A stretch of 64,000 nucleotides of DNA from an uncultured delta proteobacterium. GTDB lineage: Bacteria > Desulfobacterota > Syntrophorhabdia > Syntrophorhabdales > WCHB1-27. The number at the start of each line of letters is the position of its first letter. The stretch's first letter is position 1. Location of the stretch: NCBI GenBank assembly GCA_963810935.1, contig CAWEPK010000007.1, forward strand, positions 369,811 through 433,810. Reading direction: 5' to 3'. Shown one piece after another: positions 21,684 through 31,520 of the stretch. The notes under the pieces are model-generated. The model had not been told where the DNA came from and searched no databases. It saw nothing but the letters and a program-made list of their open reading frames with translations. Position numbers and translations under genes: made by a program.

Positions 21684-22010
21684 TCAAAAACTTCGGATCG
21701 CTACGCAGTTTTTTTTGGTTAGCACCTTCACTCCTTTCTCGATGCGGTCCCTCAGCCTGTCCTTTTCGATTTCAAGGTCGTATCGCGACTGGAGGTTTAG
21801 CCAGAAACGGTCGGAAAGACCGAAATAACGGGAGAGCCTGAGCGCCGTGTCCGCCGTTATCGCCCGTTTGCCGTGGACGATCTCGTTTATACGCCTGGCC
21901 GACACGCTGATATCTTTGGCGAGCCTGTATTGGCTAACGCTCAAGGGCGTCAAAAACTCCTCCACCAATATCTCACCCGGATGCACCGGTTCCATAGTCT
22001 TCGCACGCAT
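21684..22010 (-). CDS. higA: HigA-family antitoxin
   Basis: PVHPGEILVEEFL.PL..SQYRLAKDI.VS.RRINEIVHGKRAITADTALRL.RYFG.S..FWLNLQ. Confidence 0.92.
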   Translation of the reverse strand: MRAKTMEPVHPGEILVEEFLTPLSVSQYRLAKDISVSARRINEIVHGKRAITADTALRLSRYFGLSDRFWLNLQSRYDLEIEKDRLRDRIEKGVKVLTKKNCVAIRSF

Positions 22011-22020
22011 GGGTTTCCTC

Positions 22021-22065
22021 CTAATGATAATCGACTATTTCAACCTCAAAGGCGGAATTACCCCG
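22021..22065 (-). pseudogene. C-terminal stub of a HigB-type toxin
   Basis: Translates to ...GNSAFEVEIVDYH*, the typical HigB C-terminus, directly upstream of higA; no room for the rest of the gene. Confidence 0.7.
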
Positions 22066-22075
22066 GTCCCTATCT

Positions 22076-23210
22076 CTACCTCGGCAGCGGGCCTAAATAC
22101 TGATACAGGTTGCATTCAATTGTAGCGTTGTACAGTTTTCGCTTCCTGTCCGCCTTTCTGCCGAATATTCTTTCGAAGCGGGGGTCGGGGGAGAGGGCGA
22201 ATAGTGACCAGGCGTCGAGGCGCTTCCAGACAGCGCCCAGCGCTTTCCAGGCGCTTTGCGCCTGCGGGCCCTCGGTCCTTATACCGTAGGGCGGGTTGCA
22301 GACTATGCAGCCGTACTGCGCGTTGGATGAGAATGCCTCGACGGGCGCTACGCTGAACCTGATCGCGTCCGCCACGCCCGCCCTTTTCGCGTTCTTTCTG
22401 GCGATCTCGATAGATGCAGGGTCTGAGTCAGACGCCTCGATATCGAGGGGCACGCGCCGCTCCTGCGCACGCGCCTCCTCCCGGGCCTCGCGCCAGACCT
22501 CGGGCGGTATCGACGGCCACGTCTCCGATACGAATGCGCGGCCTATGCCCGGGGCGATGTTCATGCCGGCGAGTGCGGCCTCGATGGGGATCGTGCCGGA
22601 GCCGCAGAACGGGTCGGCCAGGACGCGGCCGGGCTTCCAGCGTGAGAGGCGGACCATGGCGGCGGCCAGCGTCTCCTTCAGGGGCGCTTCGCCGCGCATC
22701 GTCAGGTGGCCCCGCTTGTGCAGGCCCGGCCCTGTCGTATCTATCGTGAGAGTCACGCGGTCCGCGACTATGGCGACCTCTATCCTGTAAACCGGCCCTG
22801 CTTCGGAGAACCAGGCGCCGGGGTAACGCCTGCGCATTGCCTCGACTACGGCCTTCTTCACTATCGACTGGCAGTCGGGCACGGAAGCGAGCTTTGACCG
22901 CACGGACTTGCCCGTCACGTGCATCTTGCCGTTCTTCGGGACCAGACTCTTCCCACGCGATTTCCTTCGTGCCCTGGAAAAGCTCCTCGAAGTCGGTCGC
23001 GTCGAAGTCAGCCACCCTTATGAGGAGCCGGTCGGCGGTACGGAGCCGGATGTTGCAGCGGGCGATGTCCGCCGCGCCCCCGTTGAATGAGACGCGCCCG
23101 TTCTCGACCGTCACGTCCCCGTAGCCAAAGGCACGCAGCTCGTCAGCCACTATCCCCTCGACCCCGAATGCGGCAGTCGCCGTCAGCCTGTATGCAGTAT
23201 CTCCGGTCAT
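22076..23210 (-). CDS. THUMP-domain class I SAM-dependent RNA methyltransferase, RlmL-like (frameshift near 22940)
   Basis: ATAAFGVEG, LRTADR, DTTG.GLHKRG, APLKETLAAA, DPFCGSGTIPIEAA, NPPYG. Confidence 0.88.
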
Positions 23211-23416
23211 CTGCTCTTTCGTTGCATCAATATAGTACTACTTATCGGGTCCGCGTGTGAAGGACGGCTGGAAAAGCGGCGAATCGGCCTTATATTAATC
23301 TTTCGGGGGTTGGCTTTTCAACCGCCCCAGCCTTTATCCGGAAAAAACCTTCATAAGAGGCATGGCCGGCCGCGTTGCCTTCCCTTTCGGCGGCAGGCGT
23401 TTTTGTAGTATACTTC

Positions 23417-24656
23417 ATGACCGCAATGTTCCAGAGAACCGATTTCCCGGCATTCCGACTCTCCCTCGTTTTCCTCCCGGCGGTCGCGCAGGCATACCTC
23501 TTTTTCTGCGCACGCAGGGCCATTCACTCCTCGCGCCTTCCTGCTGCGGCAAGGAGACCGGCGGTAGCGGCCACCGGGGCTGTCATCTGCCTGCTCTTCG
23601 TATTAAATGCGTTGCACGTGCTGGCTCATATCCGCTGGGTGGACCCCCCGGCCATCGCGCAGGTGCTTCTTTTCTACGTGCCGGCGGTCTGGGCGCTCGG
23701 CTCCGTCTTTACGGCCGTCATACTCGGGGTTGCGCACCTGGCGCGGGGGTTGATGTCTGCCAACGGCAGCGGGGGCGTTGTCCCGAATACACGGACGCAG
23801 AGCGCGCAGGAGCACCCGGGTGCGGCGGGCGCAATGCCGGCCGACGCAGGTCGCCGCCGGTTTTTGCGCACGGGCCTGACGGGCATTGCAGCCGCGCCTT
23901 TCGTGCTCTCGGGATACGGGGCCGCGTGGGGAAGCAGGGCATACGAGGTGTGCACGGTCGATGTGCCTTTCGGCCGCCGGATGCGCATCGTGCAGCTTTC
24001 CGACATACACGCGGGCGTCTACATGACGCGGCGCGATATACGCCGGTATGCGCGCCTGGCCGCGGACCTCCGCCCGGACCTCTTTGTCCTGACGGGCGAC
24101 TTCATATCCAACTCTCCTGTTTTCCTGCCCGAGTGCCTCGAAGAGATGGCCGCGGTGCCCGCAAGGTACGGTACGTTCGCGGTCCTCGGGAACCACGAGC
24201 GCTGGTACGGCGTGCAGAAGGACTTAAAAAGCGCCTTCAAGAAATCCGGCGTGCCGCTCCTCGTCAACGCGCATGCAATTGTCCCGGCGGACGACGGACC
24301 TTTCGCGGTGGCGGGGATTGACGATTTACGCAACGGCCGCCCGCGCCTCGACCTTGCCCTCAACGGCGTGCCCCCCGGCATGCCCACGCTGCTTTTGTCG
24401 CACCGCCCGGAGATCTTCCCCCTCGCCGCAGCCTGCGGCATCCCCCTGACGCTGGCCGGCCACTGGCACGGCGGCCAGATCAAGCTCATCCTGCCGGGAG
24501 TAGTAATCAGCCCCGCGCATATGCGCAGCCCGTATCCGGAGGGGATGTACAAGATCGGCGAAGTCGAGGCTATACGTGAGCAGGGGGGTAGGGACAACGT
24601 TCACGCCGGTACGGTTCAATTCGCCGCCGGAAGTTACCGTGATCAATCTGACGTAA
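23417..24656 (+). CDS. Membrane-anchored metallophosphoesterase, YkuE-like (frameshift near 24565)
   Basis: SDIH, TGDF, LGNHE, LLSH.P, LAGHWHGGQ; LYVSRGVG...R.NSPPE in the shifted frame. Confidence 0.88.
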
Positions 24657-25914
24657 TCCTCACCCCTCCTCTTCCCCATACCTGCTTATCAGCGGATGCC
24701 CCACGTTCACCATGATCTTCTTGGCATAGAGCGGGTCGTTCTGCCTGAAACCCCCGTACTGGACGGCCTCTGCCAGCTTCCGGGGGTCGGTCCTTGTCTC
24801 TGAGTCGAACAGGCCCGTATATCCCGGCGTGTTCCTGAAGTGGGCGATGTAGTCCTTAAGGCTCTCTTTGTAAGACGGGTAGGCGCGTATGGTCCTGCCG
24901 TTCGCCTCCATCGTAGGCCCCCTCCAGTCTCTTCCCGCCTCCAGGTTGAAGAGGTTGTTGCCGTCCATCCGTTTGCCCCAGCCTGTCTCGGTAGCAGCGT
25001 GGCCTATGATGAAAGGCAAAGAGAGACCTGTCCTCTCTGATACGGGCTTTGCCTCGTTATAGACGTCATCTACGAAGCCGAGCATGTCCTTTGTCGTATA
25101 GGGTTTTGCGACAGATTGGTCCGCGTCCGCGGACGGGCCATGTTCGTACTGCGTGACGGCTTCCTCAGGTTCGGGAAGCGTGGAAGGCATGTAGGGGGTA
25201 ATTTGCACGTCTTCGGGGGACCGGCCAAAGCCGGGGTCGGGATCGTAGGCTTTGCGCCGCCGACGGCCCGTTGCCGGGTCAACGGTATAATCAGGCATCG
25301 GTAAAGGACCGGTCTTGGGCAATCCGCGTGATTCCCTTTCATCGAACCATGCCTTTATGTGATCGGGCAGCAGCCGCCAATCCCTTCCGCCGGGGCGAGA
25401 AAAGTCATAGACGCCGTCGTAGTCGTCATCATCGTCTTCCACCTCTCCACTGTAACTCATCCGGCTCGCTGCTGTTTCCTGCGGAGCCGAGGGCTGGGCA
25501 TCGGCCGCTCCTCCTCCCGGTGCGGGGGAAGACTGCGGGGCGGGTGCAACGGAGGAAGGGCTGTATGGGCCGGGCTCATAAGGAGGGAGGGGCTCAGCAC
25601 CTTGAGCGGGGACAGAATTCACGGGTGGTTGGGGCTGGCTGCTAAACCCGTGGTGTTTGGCCGGATCAACGGCGGGAACCTTGGACCACCCCATGCCTCT
25701 CTGTTCCTCGGAAGTGATAGGCCGCACTTCGATATGGACGTGGGGGCCGGTGCTTTTCTCGCCCGGCGGGTAGTGTCCTAATTTGATTGGGGGAGGGGTG
25801 GGGAATGGCACGGGAGTTGCCCAAGTCCGATAACCCACATTTTTTTAAATGTCAACGGTTTTTTTCTTGACATTGCCTGCTTATAATAGTAAGTTATCAA
25901 TATCATATAGGTTT

Positions 25915-25969
25915 TGGATCGGGGTGTCACTCGGTCGGCAGGGAGCCTCTCACAATGAGAGGCTGCCTG
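25915..25969 (-). ncRNA. Putative DUF3800-associated structured RNA
   Basis: Hairpin CAGG-AGCCTCTCA/TGAGAGGCT-CCTG then CCGACCGAGTGACACCCCGATCCA directly after the DUF3800 stop; DUF3800-linked RNA motifs are a known class. Confidence 0.45.
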
Positions 25970-25974
25970 TTTAT

Positions 25975-26715
25975 TTATGGGAAGAGTTTCAAACCAAAAC
26001 CTCGAAAATTTCCCTTTCTGTCACAATACATCTTGCCCTTAATCCCATCAAAGGGGATATATGGTACTTTTGGCTGAAGTAGGTGCCGCGCAAGAGGGTA
26101 GGCACACAAGTCTGCAAGTTGAAGCCCTATCACGTTGTCTTTCTTTGCCTGAAATTTGAAGCTGGATATAATTTTTTGGAGCCTTTCGGCATTTACATAA
26201 AACGTGCCTTTATTGTAAGTCGAGTGATAGTGGGCTAAAAGAAGCTCGTCTTGGTTTTTCCCTCGCTTTTCTACGCGGACATCCACCTTCGCATCTCTAT
26301 CGATGCTATTTAGGCAGAATATTAGGCGCTCTATGACGAAGGAAAGAGATAAGGTATAGGGGTCGTTAGCCGCCTTCCCGTATTTCTTGATAAGCTGTCC
26401 CTTGTGTACTCCTGACCCGATAACAATGAAGTCGGTAGAGCTTATTATGTCATTCCAATCTTTATAGAACCGGGCCTTCAGATCAACATCGAACAGAATT
26501 TGGAACGGGCCTTCGCATCGTCTTATATCTCTGGAGTGAAGAATGACATCGGTTGTGTGAAAGTATTCTAATTTGAAGCGATCAACTCTGTCTTGCAGGG
26601 CCAATGCCGCGTCTTCCCTCAATAGGCACCCACAAAGAAGAAACAAAGGAAAGTTCTCGTCTACATAGCTTAATCCGTGATCGCCGGTTTCGTCCAAAAA
26701 GAATCGATATTTCAA
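25975..26715 (-). CDS. DUF3800 family protein (RNase H-like)
   Basis: FFLDETGD at the N-terminus, LHSRDIR, K..N.IGLQLADLCAYP. Confidence 0.88.
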   Translation of the reverse strand: MKYRFFLDETGDHGLSYVDENFPLFLLCGCLLREDAALALQDRVDRFKLEYFHTTDVILHSRDIRRCEGPFQILFDVDLKARFYKDWNDIISSTDFIVIGSGVHKGQLIKKYGKAANDPYTLSLSFVIERLIFCLNSIDRDAKVDVRVEKRGKNQDELLLAHYHSTYNKGTFYVNAERLQKIISSFKFQAKKDNVIGLQLADLCAYPLARHLLQPKVPYIPFDGIKGKMYCDRKGNFRGFGLKLFP

Positions 26716-27017
26716 TTCTCTCCTTTGTGATCTCCTACAATTGACGCCCTAACCGCTTTCTCCGGTGAGTCTACCGGCGGAATATGAAGCACGGCATAGT
26801 ACCGGCGCTTAGTACTTCCCTCTATAGGCGAGGACCAGGCATAAGCGCGGGTGGCCTTCGGGTGACCCTCAAGATTGAAAACTGAGACGCTACCCTGCCA
26901 GACGGTCTTATCTCCGAACTTCTCCACAACAACAACGTCCTCGACAAAAGAGGCTTTACAGTTGTGAAGACGCTCAATGGCGGTTCTTAGTTCATCAACT
27001 CTCGTCGTGCTGCTCAT
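26712..27017 (-). CDS. Hypothetical passenger protein
   Basis: ORF overlapping both neighbours; VWQG.V.VF.L.GHPKA.RAYAWS. Confidence 0.7.
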   Translation of the reverse strand: MSSTTRVDELRTAIERLHNCKASFVEDVVVVEKFGDKTVWQGSVSVFNLEGHPKATRAYAWSSPIEGSTKRRYYAVLHIPPVDSPEKAVRASIVGDHKGEN

Positions 27018-27816
27018 CTTTGGTGGGAGATGGCCCCTCCTTGCTGTTGATATCGTAACTCAACTCCAGGTGTTTGATTAGTTTCCTTATAGCCTCTTGG
27101 TTCACTGTTCCTGTGGCGGTTAATCGGATTGTGCCGTCCATTATCCGATAATTCGCAATTTCATGCTCCGCACTAAGCTTTCGTGGGTACGAAGGCATAG
27201 ATGCTCTCTGTTGGTCTAAGGCCGCGAGGTCTTGTATGCCCACCCTTGTAGTTGTCATTGGGGAGTCCTCCACAAAGTGATTTTCATCCCCCATTATATC
27301 AGAATTATAGACGCTTGCATAGTCCATAGTCTTCTTAAAAGTGTTGATAAAATCCTTTGAAGTGCCGGGGTTAAACTTATGCACAAACGTAAGTTCATAT
27401 TCCAAGAGGTCATCGGGGGGCAGGTGCTCCGGGTGTTCCTCCCATATTTTCTTAAACATAGGCGGGCTTAGAGCGCTTTCCCTGATAGACATATCCCGCT
27501 CTGGGGAGACATCCCTTTTGTCCGCGATAATCCTAAAAGCAAGGTCAGAGACCTTTATTTGCCTTGCGTCACCCGTACCGTCAACCTCCACAAGCCTGTA
27601 TGCTAATAGTGCCGCTACGACTCGCAGCGCACCGCTGCTTGTGGGGGAAATATTTAGGGCCTTCATTGCCACCCCAAAGACGACCGAACCACGCCTATAT
27701 TTTTCATATAAAGTTCGAACAATCATTATGCTCCTATCTAGAGAGATTGAAGGAAAATTGGCACTCCTGTGCCGTCCCTTCTTTTCTTTTTCGGCTCCAG
27801 CACTGTCATTGGCCAT
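26995..27816 (-). CDS. Hypothetical passenger protein, possibly winged-helix DNA-binding
   Basis: RSANFPSISL..., AALLAYRLVE; GGAGG RBS and upstream promoter. Confidence 0.65.
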   Translation of the reverse strand: MANDSAGAEKEKKGRHRSANFPSISLDRSIMIVRTLYEKYRRGSVVFGVAMKALNISPTSSGALRVVAALLAYRLVEVDGTGDARQIKVSDLAFRIIADKRDVSPERDMSIRESALSPPMFKKIWEEHPEHLPPDDLLEYELTFVHKFNPGTSKDFINTFKKTMDYASVYNSDIMGDENHFVEDSPMTTTRVGIQDLAALDQQRASMPSYPRKLSAEHEIANYRIMDGTIRLTATGTVNQEAIRKLIKHLELSYDINSKEGPSPTKDEQHDES

Positions 27817-27849
27817 AGCTTTCAAACCTCCTTCAAGATCGTTATCACC

Positions 27850-27952
27850 ATTGTACATGATAAATTATGCTGATGTCAAGAAAAGACTTTAAAATATTTG
27901 TGCTGATTGTATGATAAAAAGGCTTGACATGATGTGTGATTAGGGATATGAT
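27850..27952. promoter_or_regulatory. Divergent sigma70 promoters inside the IS element
   Basis: Plus strand TTGACA(27924)-17-TATGAT(27947); minus strand TTGACA(27879)-18-TACAAT. Confidence 0.7.
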
Positions 27953-28107
27953 AGGCTATGATTGAGAAAGGCACAGGAAAAAACACAATGAGAAGAGACG
28001 AAGCCCTTGCTGGTCACAGAATCACCGCCACCAAGGGCGACAAAGAGAAGGCCTCAAGTCCTGACGCCTACCAGCTACCGGGACTTGAGGCCGTGGTGAT
28101 TCTTAAC

Positions 28108-28177
28108 GGGGCGCGGATTGGTGACCAGCATCGGGGTTTACACCCGGTCGTTCGGGGTCCGAATCCCCGGCGCTCCA
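28108..28177 (+). tRNA. tRNA-like element (reduced D-arm, atypical anticodon loop), probably non-canonical
   Basis: Acceptor GGGGCGC/GCGCTCC-A; T-arm CGGGG-TCCGAAT-CCCCG; anticodon stem TCGGG/CCCGG around GTTTACA. Confidence 0.55.
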
Positions 28178-28213
28178 TTTTCTTAATTATAACATATATC
28201 TGTGAGGGCTACA

Positions 28214-29026
28214 ATGAATAAATTGCCGGTAGAAAAACAGGCAATGGCAATCGGGGCTTTGGTGGAGGGTTCTTCTATCCGTTCCGTGGAGCGCATGACA
28301 GGCATCCATAGGGATACGATCATGCGTCTTGCGGTCCGTACCGACCAGAACTGCGCGGCCCTCATGGATGATTATATGCAGAACCTCAAGTGTGAGAACC
28401 TTGAAGTTGATGAGATATGGTGTTATGTCGGGAAGAAACAGCGCCATGTGCAGATCACAGATAACCTACACGAAGTGGGCGATCAGTGGGTCTTTGTGGC
28501 CCTCGACGCTGAAAGCAAGCTAATACCTTCCTTTTTGGTTGGCAAGCGCACCGCCTCCAATACGGTCAGCTTCATAGAAGACCTTTCACAGCGCCTTGAT
28601 AACCGGGTGCAGCTTAGTAGCGATTCTTTGTCCTTCTACGTGGACGCCGTTGAGCGTGCTTTCGGCATGGAAGTCGATTACGGCCAGATAGTAAAGTCGG
28701 ATGAGGCGGAACCGATTGGGCCGGGCCGCTATTCCCCGCCGCACGTGGTCAGCGCGGAACGTACTGTCCTGACGGGTAACCCGGACGTGCGGAAGATATC
28801 CACGTCACACATAGAGCGGTCGAATCTGACCATGCGTATGCAGATGAGGCGGCTTACTCGCCTTACTAATGGCTTTAGCAAAAAGCTGGACAACCTCAAG
28901 GCCGCCGTTGCCCTTCACTTCGGCCATTACAACTTTGTGCGGGTCCATAAGACGCTAAGGGTCACCCCGGCTATGGCGGCAGGGCTTACAGATCATATAT
29001 GGGAAATAAAAGACTTGATTCCATAG
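28214..29026 (+). CDS. IS1-family DDE transposase (single ORF)
   Basis: N-terminal HTH (EGSSIRSVERMTGIHRDTI), EVDEIWCYVGKK, SSD, TSHIERSNLTMR..MRRLTR.TNGFSKK, HYNF.R.H.TL..TPAM. Confidence 0.92.
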   Translation: MNKLPVEKQAMAIGALVEGSSIRSVERMTGIHRDTIMRLAVRTDQNCAALMDDYMQNLKCENLEVDEIWCYVGKKQRHVQITDNLHEVGDQWVFVALDAESKLIPSFLVGKRTASNTVSFIEDLSQRLDNRVQLSSDSLSFYVDAVERAFGMEVDYGQIVKSDEAEPIGPGRYSPPHVVSAERTVLTGNPDVRKISTSHIERSNLTMRMQMRRLTRLTNGFSKKLDNLKAAVALHFGHYNFVRVHKTLRVTPAMAAGLTDHIWEIKDLIP

Positions 29027-29075
29027 AGAGATATGCTATTGTTTTTCCGTAAATACATCTAAAAGGGGATTGTGT

Positions 29076-29210
29076 ATGACGAAAAAGAGCACAACATCAA
29101 AAAGTGTAGCCCACAAGGCCAGCAAGCTATTGAGCAATCCGAAGACCCCGAAGAACGTACGGAGCGTTGCTGCATCTGTGCTTGAGCAAAGAAAGGACAA
29201 GAGGAAATAG
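29076..29210 (+). CDS. Small basic protein (44 aa)
   Basis: Manual translation MTKKSTTSKSVAHKASKLLSNPKTPKNVRSVAASVLEQRKDKRK, AGGGG RBS. Confidence 0.6.
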   Translation: MTKKSTTSKSVAHKASKLLSNPKTPKNVRSVAASVLEQRKDKRK

Positions 29211-29213
29211 CGT

Positions 29214-29468
29214 TCACTTAGCCTTTAAGTTCGTTATTTTAAGGATAGCCCTTGTGGGTATGGTCATATCGCCACGCCCTTGAAGGATTATATTCTGATT
29301 CCTATGGCCCGCCCTATGGGGCACGATTTTTTTGCAGTCCTTCCCGTCATATAGAAGCCACCCGACCGATTCACAGATTAACGATTCTGGCTTATCGTCT
29401 TCCTCAATCTGTTTCCATCCATCCAAGGGTCCGTGAGAATCAACCCATTCTATTAAAACCAGCTTCAT
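29214..29468 (-). CDS. Hypothetical phage-type small protein
   Basis: LVLIEWVDS....GW...CESVGWL...IP..AI.KI pattern. Confidence 0.65.
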   Translation of the reverse strand: MKLVLIEWVDSHGPLDGWKQIEEDDKPESLICESVGWLLYDGKDCKKIVPHRAGHRNQNIILQGRGDMTIPTRAILKITNLKAK

Positions 29469-29924
29469 GGTATATTTTGTACATATGCTCATAAAGCAAG
29501 TCAAGCGCAAGTTAGGACACTACCGCCCGGCGGCGTGTCTTGCGGGCCGCCGACTTTTCCGATCGTCTCTCCTTTGAGTACCGTTTGGCCTTGCTTGACC
29601 ATGTGGTCTTTAGCCAGGTGGGCGTGATTGCTATAACCTATTATCTTCCCCTCTTTGTCGCTATGTTCGATAACAACATTGTTTCCATAGCCGCTTGTCT
29701 GCCCTACATAGTGTACCTTGCCGTTATCATAGGCAGGAACCGGTGTTCCGGCCTGCGCTGCCCAATCCTCACCCCTGTGATACGTGGACGCCCCCGGTGT
29801 GGGCGCCTTCCTCGGCCCGAAGCCGGAAGTGTGCCTGTAATCCGATCCATCTACGTCCCTGCGTGGATTCCAATGTCTTTCCATCTAAACACCCCTTTTC
29901 TTTGGGTATACTTCGCGGCGCGGC

Positions 29925-31098
29925 CTACCTCCTTCCCTCAGGGTCTCGCTTCAATATGACCAGTTCCCCCTGGAGTTTATTCCCTTCCCATCGATCTCTG
30001 GTAAAGGCTATATATTCTCCTGTGGGCGAGAATCGTGGATAGCGGTTTTCTGAGGGATAACTACCTTCCGGGGTGAGCAGGGTTGTAGTGGCCTTTGGTC
30101 CCATCCCTGAAGTTATCCATATCCGGCCTTCGCCTGCGTAAGCGATCTCATCGTTAACCGACATATCTGAATCGTTGAAGTTTGGTTTGCGGACAGGAGG
30201 CGGGGCAATGGGTACTTTCTCTTCGGTGAACCCGGTTTTTGCGTTGAGCCGTCTTAGGCGTCGGTCCTTCCCAAACCAGTAAATACCTTCCGGCCGGGCC
30301 TTGACACCATCCAGGTAGTCGTCAGACCTGCGGAGGATCGACTTGATCAACCTGCCCCGGTTGTCGTAGATTTCGACCCCTCGCTTGCCTTTTCCTTGCT
30401 TGATAACGAAATTCCCCATAAGTTGATAATCAGGGATAATTTTGTCGCGCCTACCGTGCCTGACGCCAAGAATAAAGTAGCTTCCATCACTTGCCCAGTT
30501 GACGTCAGACTCGTAGTCCCGCCTGCGGCCGTTTTTGGGGAAGTAAAGGACGTTCCAGCCGGGTAAGTCGTACTTCTTCGAGCCCTAGATAATTTTTTTG
30601 TCCAGACATACAACTGCAAGCGTCTTTTCCGTGGGGGATGGAGCTATCTCGGGGCCGTTGCCGACAATGTCGGTAATCGAGCCTGCTTCACGCGTCTTGC
30701 CCGTTCGTGCGTCAATCTCCCATAGTCCCACTGTGTGCGGACCCCCTGGATCGCCCTGTGCCCCCATCTGAATATTGAAGAAGACGCTGGAGCCGTCAAA
30801 GCCTGCAGAAGTGGTCGAACGCGACGAGCAGCCCGTACGCAGCATTCGTCCGTTTGCCCGTTGCCACATCGACGAGGAGAATACCGCCCGTGCCCTCGCC
30901 CTCGTTGGGGACAGCAAGGCAAGTTTTCCCGCACCACCGGGGCGCCCGGGTACTCCAGTTCATGATTTCGAGTATGCCTACCTGTTTCCACCCGCCGCCG
31001 TACTCGGCCCGGTCCGTGTCAGAAGCGTGGCACAGACTAAATGCAACGAGTGTGCACGCTGCTGCGAAACTGATTATGCGATTGATTCGTTTGTTCAT
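29925..31098 (-). CDS. Secreted protein, TolB-like beta-propeller (frameshifts near 30420, 30600, 30800-30960)
   Basis: Signal peptide MNKRINRIISFAAACTLVAFSLCHA; repeats IAPSPTEKTLA and PRFSPTGEYIAF. Confidence 0.55.
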
Positions 31099-31182
31099 CT
31101 TCTCCCCGGCCCTTCTTTCAGCAGTTCTCTCATAAAGACTCCCCCACGGCCGACTTTCTTCCCGTCCCCGGCCGATTTTGCA

Positions 31183-31270
31183 AGGATATCCCTTTCATAC
31201 CACTATGTCAAAGCGACAACCAGGGGTGACAACCAGACATGACATGGAGAGGTGACATGGAGGGGTGACA
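31183..31270 (-). promoter_or_regulatory. Leftward sigma70 promoter with five upstream 13-bp-period sites
   Basis: Minus strand TTGACA(31211-31206)-17-TATCCT(31188-31183); (G/A)(T/C)GACA at 31213, 31226, 31239, 31252, 31265. Confidence 0.7.
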
Positions 31271-31520
31271 GAAAGCACGTCCGGAATTGTTTTTCATTTT
31301 CTTTTGTTCTAAGTCTTGCCATAGTGGTAATACTGTGTGACGCCTGATCGGGCCTCGGCGTCTTGCGGGGTCTCGATGCGGTCGAAGGGATACGTGCTAT
31401 GCACCGGAGGGACGTTGAACGCCGCCGCGAAGCGCAGGAAGCAGACGTGCTCCGTCGCGTGCCGTTATCGTGTTTGAAGCCGCGCGAAAAAACTTTGAAA
31501 AAAATTTAAATCATGCAAAT

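Larger units (their letters stand above)
25769..29524. mobile_element. IS1-family element with passenger genes (3,756 bp)
   Basis: TIRs GGTAGTGTCCTAA(T/C)TTG (16/17 match); 8-bp TSD GCCCGGCG at 25761-25768 and 29525-29532; lower GC; DDE transposase inside. Confidence 0.93.
24660..29884 (-). pseudogene. M23 peptidase + glucosaminidase (FlgJ-like) peptidoglycan hydrolase, split by the IS element (parts 29884-29525 and 25760-24660)
   Basis: HRGED...GYGNNVVIEH...HAHL...IGKVGG before the IS; STGPHVHIEVR after it; removing the IS and one TSD copy restores the frame; C-terminal ATETGWG...NNLFNL. Confidence 0.88.

Noticed and set aside
28108..28177. Functional ochre-suppressor tRNA or an integration-site tRNA
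   Set aside because: D-arm lacks normal length and the loop has G32/C37; the sequence is internal to the element rather than at a boundary
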